A stretch of DNA of 54,185 nt from Algoriphagus sp. (GCA_030833985.1 JAURGC010000001.1:1-54185); one strand, 5' to 3'. Shown: positions 31,008 to 41,138, numbered from the stretch's first letter. The notes: generated by a model not told the origin, from the sequence alone. Translations and numbers: made by a program.

Positions 31008-31032
31008 GGGAAGCTAAAGCTTCCCTTTTTTT
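31008..31032 (+). terminator. Intrinsic terminator
   Basis: GGGAAGCT-aa-AGCTTCCC followed by T7. Confidence 0.8.
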
Positions 31033-31111
31033 CTTCCTACTCCTAAACCCATTTATTTGGCATAGGCTTTGCCAAGTATATTCAAAATTTAGGGCTTGAT
31101 GGTCCATTCAA

Positions 31112-32494
31112 ATGGGAAAACATAAACAACTACTTCTTGCAGTTGCTGCCTCACTTCTACTCGCAGTGTCGTTTTGGTTCCTAACCTTAAAAGAGAAACC
31201 AAAGACCGATTCAATTTTTATTTTAGACCTAGCGGGAATTCAATCTCGGGGGACCTTGCGGGTGGCTGTAGACAATAATTCGAGCAGCTATTATATATAC
31301 AGAGGTCGGAGGATGGGATATGAATACGAGCTCCTATTAGACCTAGGGAAGCGGCTTGGTGTACAAATTGAGTTTGTGGTGGCATCGGAGATAGAAGAGG
31401 CCTTTAGGAAACTTGAAGAAGGAAAGGTGGATTTAATTGCAATGAATGTTCAGAAAAACAGAAACGAATCCTCCGAGGTCGATTTTACACAGGCAGTAGG
31501 CAGTACGAGTACTTATTTAGTGGGGAATAAAAAGTTGGCCAGATGGCAAAATTTAGGCTCAGACACGATTGTGGTTCGAAAGGGGGCCGTTTATAAACAA
31601 CAATTGGAGCAAATTAAGGATTCGTTGGACTTGGATTTTTTAATTTTTGAAGAACAAGCACATGAAGAAACATTGCTCGATCGGCTTGTAGATCATGAAA
31701 TTAAGTGGACGGTAGCCACTCAGCAAATAGCGCAAGCGAATGTGACCTACTACGAAGAATTGTACCTCGGTTTGGAGGTAGCAAAGGCAGGGGAGATTAA
31801 TTGGGTAGTTCGAAGCTCATCTACCCAACTACTTCAACATGTAAATACTTGGTTAGTGGAAAAAAAGAAACGTTTTATCCCTGATTTGTATGCGAAATAC
31901 TTCTTGAATTCCAAGAATCAGCACTTCCGATCTACTAGTGCCTATTCCTCACTTGGAGGCAATCGCATTTCCTTGTACGATGACTTGATTCAAGAACATG
32001 CTAAAACTCTGGGTTGGGATTGGCGACTTCTAGCGGCGATTGTCTATAAGGAATCTCGTTTTGATACGACCGCAGTTTCGTATGCTGGTGCCCAAGGTTT
32101 ATTGCAATTGATGCCTGTTACCTTGGAGCGATTTGGAGTAACTAATCCCAACGACCCTGTAGAATCCCTTCGAGGTGGAGTAAAATTTCTATTGTATTTA
32201 GACAAATTTTGGATGAAGCGGGTGCCCAAAACTAACGAACGAATAAAATTCATTTTAGCATCTTACAACATTGGTCATGGCCATGTGGAGGATGCCTGGA
32301 GATTGACTTTGAAATATGGTAAAGACAACCAAAACTGGGGAGAGGTTTCTAATTATTTAAATTTGAAGAGCGATCCTACCTATTACCGTGACCCCGTAGT
32401 CAAAAGTGGGTACGCCAAAGGGCACATAGCCGTCAACTATGTACGGGATGTTTTGAGTTTGTTTCAATCGTATAAGGCGCTGGTCAATCCTTAA
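31112..32494 (+). CDS. mltF: MltF-like lytic transglycosylase (SBP_bac_3 + SLT domains)
   Basis: RGTLRVA, GYEYEL, DWRLLAAIVYKESRF, GAQGLLQLMP, LASYNIGHGH. Confidence 0.82.
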   Translation: MGKHKQLLLAVAASLLLAVSFWFLTLKEKPKTDSIFILDLAGIQSRGTLRVAVDNNSSSYYIYRGRRMGYEYELLLDLGKRLGVQIEFVVASEIEEAFRKLEEGKVDLIAMNVQKNRNESSEVDFTQAVGSTSTYLVGNKKLARWQNLGSDTIVVRKGAVYKQQLEQIKDSLDLDFLIFEEQAHEETLLDRLVDHEIKWTVATQQIAQANVTYYEELYLGLEVAKAGEINWVVRSSSTQLLQHVNTWLVEKKKRFIPDLYAKYFLNSKNQHFRSTSAYSSLGGNRISLYDDLIQEHAKTLGWDWRLLAAIVYKESRFDTTAVSYAGAQGLLQLMPVTLERFGVTNPNDPVESLRGGVKFLLYLDKFWMKRVPKTNERIKFILASYNIGHGHVEDAWRLTLKYGKDNQNWGEVSNYLNLKSDPTYYRDPVVKSGYAKGHIAVNYVRDVLSLFQSYKALVNP

Positions 32495-32955
32495 TGTAAT
32501 TCAAATAGCCCTTCAATTTCCACAGGAATATTGTCAGGAAGGGATCCCATGCCTACCGCGGAACGAACTCCTACCCCCAATTCATTTCCCCAGACTGACG
32601 CAAAAAGCTCGCTACAGCCATTCATCACATAGGGATGTTTTTCAAAAGAAGAAACGCAGTTGACCATTCCAAGTACTTTGATGACCCGCTTCACCTTATC
32701 CAAGGAGCCTAAAGAAGACTTGATTGTGGCTAGCATGGCTAGTCCAACTTGCCTAGCAGCCAATTTTCCTTCTTCTATATCCAACTCTTCCCCAATTCTT
32801 CCAATAATGAGGCTTCCATCCCGTTGAACAGTTCCATGGCCAGATAGGTAGAGAAAATTTCCTACAATTAAGCTTGGAGTATACACTCCTAAGGGCTTTG
32901 GAGCAGGTGGAAGAAGTAGTCCAAGGCTTTCAAAATTTTGTTCTGGGCTTTGCAT
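32491..32955 (-). CDS. RidA/YjgF/YER057c family protein
   Basis: PPAPKPLGVY, LYLSGH, NGCSELF, RSAVGMGSLP, VEIE. Confidence 0.9.
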   Translation of the reverse strand: MQSPEQNFESLGLLLPPAPKPLGVYTPSLIVGNFLYLSGHGTVQRDGSLIIGRIGEELDIEEGKLAARQVGLAMLATIKSSLGSLDKVKRVIKVLGMVNCVSSFEKHPYVMNGCSELFASVWGNELGVGVRSAVGMGSLPDNIPVEIEGLFELH

Positions 32956-33081
32956 AAAGAGTGGGGATTGGGTGACAATTAATTCAAAATTTAAAAAAAG
33001 AGGGTCTAGTATTCATTCAAATTGTTTCGAAAACTCTTTTCTTTAGAAAATTGATGCGGGTGAAGTGAGATAACCATTGCG

Positions 33082-34404
33082 TCAAAGAAACTTTAACAGG
33101 GAATCTAGGAGCAATACTCCAACTAAACCTGCTACTGCTACAATGGTCTCCATGAGGGTCCAAGAACGTAAGGTGTCTTTTATACTTAGGTTAAAGTATT
33201 CTTTGAACATCCAAAATCCTCCATCATTGAAATGGGAGAAGACCAAGCTCCCTGCCCCTATTGAGAGTACTAATAAATTAGGGTCTACAGCCAAGGACGG
33301 CACAAGGGGAGCAATAATTCCAGCAGTGGTCAATCCGGCAACTGTTGCTGAGCCTACTGCTATTCGAATGATGGCAGTAATTAGCCAAGCTAAGAGGAGG
33401 GGATGCATGTTCCAAGATTGTATTCCTTCTGCCAAGGCCAGGCTTACACCAGAATCGGTAAAAACCTGTTTCAATGCTCCTGCTCCCGCCACAATCAAGA
33501 GAATCATGGAAATGTCCTTAGTCGCTATGGTGTAAATGTCCATCAATTGCGACATGGTTTGTTTTCTTCGAAGCCCTAAGGAATAAGTGGCAAACCCTAC
33601 CGACACGAGCATAACGACACTTGGGTTGGCTAAAAAGTCGAGGAAGGGACGCTGTGGATGGGTAGCCGATACCGACATGGACAAAATAGTGGTGGCTACT
33701 AATAAGACCACAGGAAGTAAGGCGGTAAGTACACTGTTTCCGATTCCAGGAAGCTCAGCTTCAGGTTTTGGGTCGGCCTGAAAAGTAGGTAAGGGTTGAG
33801 CAGTAATCCCTTTTAGCAAAGGCGCAAGTAGAGGACCTGCAAGGATGATGGTTGGAATTGCGATGATTCCGCCATAGAGCAGGGTCAATCCCATATTGGC
33901 ATCAAACTGCCCCACAAGTGCTGCGGGTGAAGGGTGCGGAGGTAGAAAGCCATGAGTCACTGACAAGGCGGCAAGCAAGGGCAAGCCTACATACACTGCA
34001 GGCAATCGGTATTGGTAGGAGAGGGTAAAGGCAAGGGGTACCAATAGCACAAATCCTACATTGTAAAACAAGGGAATTCCCACAACTAGGCCAGTTAATG
34101 CCATAGCCCAGGTAATGTATTTCTCCCCAAAAATGCCCATTAGGAAACTAGCAATTCGTTGCGCTGCTCCACTTTCAGCCACTAATTTTCCAAGCATGGC
34201 GCCTGTAACAATCACAATGACCAAATCTCCTAACAATGCACCCATTCCTTTTTGGATGGAGCTGGCTACCTCGTTTGCAGGAAGCCCTAATAGAAAGCCT
34301 CCAGCGATTGCAGTGATTAAAAAGGAGAGAAAGGGATTCAATTTAGCCCAAACTATCAGCACCACTAAAAGGGCTATAGAAAGAAATACAAATAAAAAGG
34401 TCAT
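33082..34404 (-). CDS. GntP family gluconate:H+ symporter
   Basis: ESGAAQRIA, HGFLPPHPSP, RIAVGSATVA, SHFNDGGFW. Confidence 0.92.
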   Translation of the reverse strand: MTFLFVFLSIALLVVLIVWAKLNPFLSFLITAIAGGFLLGLPANEVASSIQKGMGALLGDLVIVIVTGAMLGKLVAESGAAQRIASFLMGIFGEKYITWAMALTGLVVGIPLFYNVGFVLLVPLAFTLSYQYRLPAVYVGLPLLAALSVTHGFLPPHPSPAALVGQFDANMGLTLLYGGIIAIPTIILAGPLLAPLLKGITAQPLPTFQADPKPEAELPGIGNSVLTALLPVVLLVATTILSMSVSATHPQRPFLDFLANPSVVMLVSVGFATYSLGLRRKQTMSQLMDIYTIATKDISMILLIVAGAGALKQVFTDSGVSLALAEGIQSWNMHPLLLAWLITAIIRIAVGSATVAGLTTAGIIAPLVPSLAVDPNLLVLSIGAGSLVFSHFNDGGFWMFKEYFNLSIKDTLRSWTLMETIVAVAGLVGVLLLDSLLKFL

Positions 34405-34932
34405 GGGTTTAATGCGGTTGGTCCGTCTTGAAAGTTAGGTAAATCTTCGAAAAACTAGGAAAATACAAGCTATAAAATAGATTTGACTTCCATGTGAAAT
34501 AAAATCTGTGAGGAACCACTGGAGGGTTGGAATAAAAAGGTTAAAAATTTAGAGTATGGGAAGAGAAATAAGAGCTAAATCCACTATTGCTCTTGTAGGG
34601 GAGTTTAATTGGTTTACTCAACGAAGTTCAAGCAAACTCCAAGGAAGGTGCAGGGCACTGTTGTTTAGATTTTTGATGAGCTGCATTGTAACCCGGACTT
34701 TAAGAAAATAAGGATTGAAGTTCTTTTTGGTAAGGGGTGGTTTGTGAAAAATATTCCGCAGTAATTCAAATCTATCTTGAGCGACTTGCCTAATTGCAGC
34801 TCATCTCATGGGTATTTAAGAATTGGTAACAAGTGCGCAAATGCGTTGGATAAGCCTTATATTGCAATGCAAAAATAGATGTTGGTGGAGAAAAACCAGC
34901 ATCTCGGGTATCCATGCAACGTTAAGCTATCC

Positions 34933-36108
34933 ATGAAAGCAACCTACAAATTTCTACTATTTCTGATATTTTGGACCTTTGTGGGGATAAGCCCTTCCCG
35001 GGCACAACTATGGGAAGTAAGTTTACTGACTGCAGATCCAGGAAAAGAACTTTATTCCTCTTTTGGGCACAGTGCTATTCGTCTTCGTGAATTGGTGCCT
35101 GAAGGGAGAGATGTAGTCTTTAATTTTGGAACTTTTGACTTTGATACGCCTAATTTTTATGGAAAGTTTGCTACTGGCAAGCTCAATTATATGCTGAGCA
35201 TTTCCAACTACGATCGTTTTGTTGTGGAATATGACTTTTACAAAAGGGGACTACGGGAGCAAGTGTTGAATTTAACGGATGAACAAACAGATTTTTTAGT
35301 TCAGCATTTGGATGCCCAATACGACCCTGCAAGGAGATTTTACAAGTATGATTTTTTTTACAATAATTGCGCAACAAAAATTAGAGATGCCTTTGAAATT
35401 GCCATTGGCGCTCAGCTGATATGGAATGATTCCATTGCCGAGGAGAAAAAAACATTTCGGGACTTGGTGGATGAGTTCGTAGCGCCATTACCCTGGGCTG
35501 ATTTTGGAATAGACTTGGCTTTGGGATCAGTCATCGATCGTCCTGCAAGCCCACGAGAAAAACAGTTTTTGCCTACCTACATGGAACAAGCATTTGCAGA
35601 AGCTACTGTCCTTCAGAATGGAGTAATTCGTCCCTTTGTAAAGCGAAGCCAGGTGATTTTGGAATATCCTGAGGAACCGTCTTCCTTTTCACTGTTCAAT
35701 CCTTTGGTTGCCTTCTGGTGTTTGACCTTAGTTTTTGTAGGCCTGACTGGGTATGGATTCAAAAAAGGGAAATTGATGAAAGGCTTGGATTTCCTGCTTT
35801 TTGGAAGTCTTGGCATCATTGGATTGGTGGTCACCTTTCTTTGGTTTTTTACAGATCATACAGCAACAGTGTGGAACTGGAATCTACTATGGGCTTTTCC
35901 AGGCCACTTGGTCTTGGTATGGGGATTATTCAATCGTCCTAATGCCGCTTGGCTTTCTTCCTATCTACTCTTCGTTATAGGAGCGACAGTAATGGTTTTG
36001 TTGCTTTGGATGCTGGGACTACAATCTTTCTCCCCTGCACTAATTCCACTTCTTTTACTTATTCTTTTGCGAGCTAATTTTCTTTTCTACAACCGGAAAA
36101 TTGACTGA
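34933..36108 (+). CDS. DUF4105 protein (Lnb-like lipoprotein N-acyltransferase)
   Basis: PGKELYSSFGHSAIR, FNFGTFDF, YKYDFFYNNCATKIRD, C-terminal TM helices; start MKATYK. Confidence 0.8.
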   Translation: MKATYKFLLFLIFWTFVGISPSRAQLWEVSLLTADPGKELYSSFGHSAIRLRELVPEGRDVVFNFGTFDFDTPNFYGKFATGKLNYMLSISNYDRFVVEYDFYKRGLREQVLNLTDEQTDFLVQHLDAQYDPARRFYKYDFFYNNCATKIRDAFEIAIGAQLIWNDSIAEEKKTFRDLVDEFVAPLPWADFGIDLALGSVIDRPASPREKQFLPTYMEQAFAEATVLQNGVIRPFVKRSQVILEYPEEPSSFSLFNPLVAFWCLTLVFVGLTGYGFKKGKLMKGLDFLLFGSLGIIGLVVTFLWFFTDHTATVWNWNLLWAFPGHLVLVWGLFNRPNAAWLSSYLLFVIGATVMVLLLWMLGLQSFSPALIPLLLLILLRANFLFYNRKID

Positions 36109-36175
36109 GTCTTCCATTCATGAGTTTGTAGGATATCTAAACTTTTTTACCCAGAATTGATGTTGGAGATAAGCG

Positions 36176-38212
36176 ATGGAATTTAAACTTACTTCAGATT
36201 ATCAGCCAACAGGCGATCAGCCACAGGCCATTAAGGAGCTGGTCTCGGGTTTAAAGGCAGGAGACCCTGCACAAGTATTGTTAGGGGTAACCGGATCTGG
36301 AAAAACCTTTACGATAGCCAATGTCATTCAACAGACTCAGCGGCCAACTTTAGTTTTGAGTCATAACAAGACACTTGCTGCCCAGCTATATGGAGAGTTC
36401 AAGCAATTTTTTCCTGATAATGCAGTCGAATACTTTATTTCCTATTACGATTATTACCAGCCTGAAGCTTTTATTCCAAGTTCGGGCACCTATATCGAAA
36501 AAGACTTAAGTATCAACGAGGAAATCGAAAAACTCCGTTTGAGTGCTACATCGGCTCTTTTGTCTGGGCGTAGTGACGTGATTGTGGTAGCTTCGGTATC
36601 TTGCATTTATGGCATTGGTAACCCAGAAGAGTTTGGAAAAAATGTTTTGCGATTACAGGAAGGCGATCGGATTCCTAGAAATCAACTTCTCTTTAAGTTG
36701 GTAGATATTTTGTATAGCCGTACCCAGCAAGAGTTGACCCGGGGAACTTTCCGGGTTAAGGGAGATACGGTTGATGTGTATGTGGCCTATGCAGATTTTG
36801 GGTACCGCATAATTTTTTGGGGAGATGAAATCGAGGCTATACAGCGAATTGAGCCAAGCACGGGAAAGAAACTTTCGGATGAAAAAATCATTTCTATTTT
36901 TCCTGCAAATCTATTTGTGACTGGAAGGGACACCATCGATACTGCCATACACGAAATACAGGACGATTTGATGGCTCAACTAACCTTTTTTGAGAAGGAG
37001 GGAAAATTTTTGGAAGCGAAAAGGCTTCAAGAAAGAACAGAGTTTGACTTGGAGATGATTCGAGAATTGGGCTATTGTTCGGGAGTGGAAAATTACTCTC
37101 GGTACTTTGACCGAAGAAAGCCTGGCACACGTCCATTTTGTCTATTGGATTATTTTCCAGAGAATTACCTTCTAGTCATTGATGAAAGCCATGTGACGAT
37201 TCCACAGGTAAGGGCAATGTGGGGAGGAGATCGATCTCGAAAAGTCAATTTGGTGGATTATGGATTCCGATTGCCTTCGGCTTTGGATAATCGCCCCCTT
37301 AAATTTGAAGAGTTTGAGCAGCTGATCAATCAGATTGTTTATGTGTCAGCCACACCTGCGGACTATGAATTGACAAGAACAGAAGGACTGGTAGTCGAGC
37401 AAATTATTCGTCCCACCGGACTTCTGGACCCTACCATTGAGGTTCGTCCTAGCCTAAACCAGTTGGATGATCTTTTGGAAGAGATCGATCAAACTATCAA
37501 AAAAGAAGCTCGTGTACTAGTAACTACGTTAACGAAAAGAATGGCGGAGGAACTTCAAAAGTATTTAGAGCGGGCTGGGATTAAGTCGCGCTACATTCAC
37601 TCGGAAGTAAAAACATTAGATCGCGTAGAAATTCTTCGAGAGCTTCGCTTGGGAATTTTTGATGTACTGGTTGGGGTCAACCTACTGCGAGAGGGCTTGG
37701 ATCTCCCGGAAGTAGCTCTAGTTGCCATTTTGGATGCGGATAAAGAGGGGTTTTTAAGAAATGAACGCTCTTTGGTGCAGACCATTGGTCGAGCTGCGAG
37801 AAACTCAGAAGGCCGGGTGATCATGTATGCAGATCAAGTGACCCATTCCATGCAGTCGGCCATTGACGAAACCAAGCGGCGGAGATTACTTCAGATCGCC
37901 TACAATCTTGAGCATAACATTACTCCAACCACCGTCATCAAGTCCAGAGACAAAATCATGGGACAAACAAAGGTTGCAGATTCCAAGAAAAACCCAAAAA
38001 TGTATGCCGAGCCTATGCCAGGAGAGGCCTTTTTGGTGGCAGACCCGGTGGTTCAGTACCTCAGCAAGGATAAATTAGAGAAGTTGATCATGCAAACGCA
38101 AAAAGGAATGGAAAAAGCAGCCAAGGAATTGAACTTCATGGAGGCTGCGCGGTTGAGAGATGAATGGATGGCGCAAAAGAAACGATTAGAAGAATTGAAC
38201 CGAAAGATATAA
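36176..38212 (+). CDS. uvrB: Excinuclease ABC subunit B
   Basis: PTGDQPQAI, GVTGSGKT, YYDYYQPEA, DESH, NLLREGLD, GRAARN, C-terminal UVR domain. Confidence 0.98.
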   Translation: MEFKLTSDYQPTGDQPQAIKELVSGLKAGDPAQVLLGVTGSGKTFTIANVIQQTQRPTLVLSHNKTLAAQLYGEFKQFFPDNAVEYFISYYDYYQPEAFIPSSGTYIEKDLSINEEIEKLRLSATSALLSGRSDVIVVASVSCIYGIGNPEEFGKNVLRLQEGDRIPRNQLLFKLVDILYSRTQQELTRGTFRVKGDTVDVYVAYADFGYRIIFWGDEIEAIQRIEPSTGKKLSDEKIISIFPANLFVTGRDTIDTAIHEIQDDLMAQLTFFEKEGKFLEAKRLQERTEFDLEMIRELGYCSGVENYSRYFDRRKPGTRPFCLLDYFPENYLLVIDESHVTIPQVRAMWGGDRSRKVNLVDYGFRLPSALDNRPLKFEEFEQLINQIVYVSATPADYELTRTEGLVVEQIIRPTGLLDPTIEVRPSLNQLDDLLEEIDQTIKKEARVLVTTLTKRMAEELQKYLERAGIKSRYIHSEVKTLDRVEILRELRLGIFDVLVGVNLLREGLDLPEVALVAILDADKEGFLRNERSLVQTIGRAARNSEGRVIMYADQVTHSMQSAIDETKRRRLLQIAYNLEHNITPTTVIKSRDKIMGQTKVADSKKNPKMYAEPMPGEAFLVADPVVQYLSKDKLEKLIMQTQKGMEKAAKELNFMEAARLRDEWMAQKKRLEELNRKI

Positions 38213-38231
38213 ACGATTCGATCCGGGCATC

Positions 38232-38867
38232 ATGACACTTCAGGAGGTAAAAGAACTGGCTCTCAAGGGAGAAGGACTTCAAATCGAGTTTAAAAAAAAG
38301 GCAAACTTTCCTGAAAAGATTGTTCGTGAGGTCATTGCATTGGCCAATACACATGGAGGAAGTTTACTGATTGGAGTAGACGATGACGGCACAGTAAGTG
38401 GGCAGCGGTTTATTGAGGAGGAGATTTTTGTGATGGAAAAGGCCATCCGAGAACTCATTTTTCCTCCTTTAGAAGTAGAAGTGGCAACTGTGAAACTATC
38501 GGAGAAGAAAGGAGTAGCGGTATTTCGAATCCCCCATAGTCCAAATCGACCTCATTTTCTGGTAGTTCAAGGAAAAAAATTCTCTTTTATCCGTGTTCAG
38601 GATCGTACCGTGCAAGCCAGTCGAGAGGTCTGGGAGGTGCTGCGCAAAAGCAGGGTGCCACGAGATACCGTATTCACCTATGGAAAAAAAGAAGAGGTAT
38701 TGATGAAGTTTTTGGCTGAGCAACAAAAAATCACTGTCAAAGAGTTTGCCAAGGTAGCCAGTATTCCACTTTATTTGGCCTCTAAAACGCTCGTTCGCCT
38801 AGTAGTTGCGAATGTGCTGCAACTACATCCGCAAGAGGGAGCAGATTTTTTTACAATACGGGAGTAG
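38232..38867 (+). CDS. AlbA_2 (Schlafen-like) domain protein with C-terminal HTH
   Basis: GEGLQIEFKKK, EVIALANTHGGSLLIGVDDDG; C-terminal ITVKEFAKVASIP..ASKTLVRLV. Confidence 0.85.
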   Translation: MTLQEVKELALKGEGLQIEFKKKANFPEKIVREVIALANTHGGSLLIGVDDDGTVSGQRFIEEEIFVMEKAIRELIFPPLEVEVATVKLSEKKGVAVFRIPHSPNRPHFLVVQGKKFSFIRVQDRTVQASREVWEVLRKSRVPRDTVFTYGKKEEVLMKFLAEQQKITVKEFAKVASIPLYLASKTLVRLVVANVLQLHPQEGADFFTIRE

Positions 38868-39774
38868 GGAGAACGATGCCTGTTCGTTGGGTAAATCCAC
38901 GATTCCCTTGAAGTCCTCCAGTATGAACCATTAGAATTCGAGAGCCTGGAGGAAAATGGTTTTTCTTCAATAAATCCCAGCAGGCAAAAGCCATTTTTCC
39001 CGTGTAAATAGGATCTAGAGGGATATCAAACTTCTCCCAAAACCAGTGGATAAAGGAAATCAGCTCCGCCGTCCATTTGGCATAGCCCCCCTGGTGATAC
39101 TGGGTAACTAGTTCAATACTGCCATTGGTTTGTATGCTTTCTGCCCGTAAAAGTTTGGTTATTTCGTCCCGGATCCCTTCTCCTTTTAAAGCAGAAATTC
39201 CGAGTAATTTTTGGTGAGAAAAGATGGAGGCAGCTATCCCTGCAAAAGTACCTCCAGTGCCGATGGGAACTAACACATGAGAGGTGTCTGATTGGCTTGA
39301 AGATAAAATTTCACGTGCGCCTTGGATGGCAAAGGTATTGGTGCCACCTTCTGGAATTAGGTAAAAATTCCCAAATTTTTGGCGCATTAGTTCAAGAAAA
39401 GCAGGTTGGCTTTTTTCCCTATACTGTGTGCGTGAAACACCTATTAGCCTCATGCCGGCAGACTTAGCAAAGTTTAGAGTGGGATTTTTTGAATCAAGTG
39501 ATTCTCCCCGGATAATCCCAACAGCAGTTAGACCTACTTCCTTTGCCGCAGCCGCGGTAGCATAAATATGATTGGAATAAGCTCCACCAAAAGTTAACAC
39601 TTGTTGATGGTTTTGGTTGAGGGCTTCTTGTAAGTTGTACCTGAGCTTAAAAAATTTATTTCCTGATACCTCAGGATGAACCTGATCCAATCGTAAGACC
39701 TGAAGTGCTACTTGCTTTTGATCAAGTAGTGGGTGTGATAGGAGGTCACATGAGATAGGCGGGCGGAGGAGCAT
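38851..39774 (-). CDS. ACC deaminase/D-cysteine desulfhydrase family PLP enzyme
   Basis: SGNKFFKL (PLP Lys), TFGGAYSNH, IPEGG, GTGGT, LDPIYTGK, HTGGLQG; start MLLRPP. Confidence 0.92.
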   Translation of the reverse strand: MLLRPPISCDLLSHPLLDQKQVALQVLRLDQVHPEVSGNKFFKLRYNLQEALNQNHQQVLTFGGAYSNHIYATAAAAKEVGLTAVGIIRGESLDSKNPTLNFAKSAGMRLIGVSRTQYREKSQPAFLELMRQKFGNFYLIPEGGTNTFAIQGAREILSSSQSDTSHVLVPIGTGGTFAGIAASIFSHQKLLGISALKGEGIRDEITKLLRAESIQTNGSIELVTQYHQGGYAKWTAELISFIHWFWEKFDIPLDPIYTGKMAFACWDLLKKNHFPPGSRILMVHTGGLQGNRGFTQRTGIVLPTPVL

Positions 39775-39783
39775 TAAAACTAT

Positions 39784-39817
39784 TTTGACAAAGTTACGAG
39801 ACATCCTCCTATTTTTG
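39784..39817. promoter_or_regulatory. Back-to-back divergent promoters
   Basis: CAAAGTTA 39789-39796 (TAACTTTG on -) and TATTTTTG 39810-39817 (+), with TTTG at 39784-39787. Confidence 0.6.
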
Positions 39818-39821
39818 TAGC

Positions 39822-40859
39822 ATGACTGAACAGCATCTTGAAGAAGACTTTGAAGAGGATGAGTTAGCCTTGTATGAACACCATCGAATTGTAGTGGACA
39901 AAGGGCAGTCTCCCGTTCGGATTGATAAATTTTTAACAGAACGGATTGCCAATGCCACTCGCAATAAGGTGCAGCAAACCATCGACTCTGGAGGGGTACA
40001 AGTCAATGGCCATTCCGTCAAGTCCAATTACCGAATCAAAGGGCTAGATGATATCCGGGTGCTTTTGGAAAAAACACCCCGAGATACCGAAGTAATTTCT
40101 GAAAATATTCCCTTGGACATTGTTTTTGAGGATGACGACTTGTTGGTAGTCAATAAGCCGCCTGGCATGGTTGTTCATCCAGCACATGGCAATTGGTCGG
40201 GTACTTTGGTGAATGGCTTGGTTTTTCATTTTGAAAATTTACCTGAGATGAAAGGAAATGTAGGAAGGCCTGGGCTAGTCCATCGAATAGATAAGGATAC
40301 TTCTGGCCTTTTGGTGATTGCAAAGACCGAAGAAACAATGGCTCCATTGGCAGCACAATTTTTTCACCATACTATTCAGCGAACGTACTTAGCTCTTATT
40401 TGGGGTGAGCCAGAGTTGGATGAAGGCACTATTGTAGGAAATGTGGGGCGTAGTGCCAAGGACCGCAAGGTGATGGATGTTTTTCCAGATGGAAGTCAGG
40501 GCAAGCATGCGGTTACTCATTGGAAAGTAGTGAAGCGCCTTCGGTATGTGTCTCTTGTTCAGTGCACCTTAGAAACGGGGAGAACGCATCAAATTCGTGC
40601 GCATTTTAAATTTTTGGGCCATCCCTTGTTCAATGATGCGATGTATGGGGGAGACAAGATTCGAAAAGGAACTCAGTTTGCCAAATACAAAAGTTTTATC
40701 AGCAATTGCTTTCAGGCCATGCCTAGGCAAGCCTTGCATGCAAAAAGCTTGGGTTTTGTTCACCCAATCACTAAAGAAAACCTCTATTTTGAAGCACCTT
40801 TACCCACTGATTTTTCAACTGTTCTCGCTAAATGGGATCACTATGTTCAGGTAGATTAA
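39822..40859 (+). CDS. rluD: RluA-family pseudouridine synthase (RluD-like)
   Basis: S4 domain RIDKFL, VNKPPGMVVHP, GLVHRIDKDTSGLL, LETGRTHQIRAH, RQALHA. Confidence 0.88.
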   Translation: MTEQHLEEDFEEDELALYEHHRIVVDKGQSPVRIDKFLTERIANATRNKVQQTIDSGGVQVNGHSVKSNYRIKGLDDIRVLLEKTPRDTEVISENIPLDIVFEDDDLLVVNKPPGMVVHPAHGNWSGTLVNGLVFHFENLPEMKGNVGRPGLVHRIDKDTSGLLVIAKTEETMAPLAAQFFHHTIQRTYLALIWGEPELDEGTIVGNVGRSAKDRKVMDVFPDGSQGKHAVTHWKVVKRLRYVSLVQCTLETGRTHQIRAHFKFLGHPLFNDAMYGGDKIRKGTQFAKYKSFISNCFQAMPRQALHAKSLGFVHPITKENLYFEAPLPTDFSTVLAKWDHYVQVD

Positions 40860-41099
40860 TACTTTTACTGATTGCCGGCAGTTATTCAAACAATTTTTTT
40901 CCTTCCAGTTGGGGCATAGCCTACTATTTAATTTACTTCTTTAGAAGAACTAGACTACCTATTGATATCAATTCTTCAATTTTAATTGGTCAAATAGGTA
41001 TAAAATTTACACACCCATATATTTCAATCGATTTCCTTAAAAATAATGTAAATTTTTATAAATTTTATTGAATAATATGTAAATAAAGAGCGCCTGTTG

Positions 41100-41107
41100 T
41101 ATATTTG
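41100..41107 (+). promoter_or_regulatory. -7 element for tRNA-like RNA 1
   Basis: TATATTTG followed by tcCTGTTG. Confidence 0.65.
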
Positions 41108-41138
41108 TCCTGTTGAAATACTTCAGGTAATTCATTCG

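Noticed and set aside
34556-34711. 51-codon ORF (MGREIRAKSTIALVGEFNWF...) in the gntP-DUF4105 gap
   Set aside because: No recognisable motif, canonical promoter or terminator; compatible with chance.
40832-41071. 79-aa ORF after rluD (similarly 12829-13038, 17706-17918, 20715-20921)
   Set aside because: AT-rich, I/F/N/K-biased translations with non-ATG or overlapping starts; most likely non-coding.
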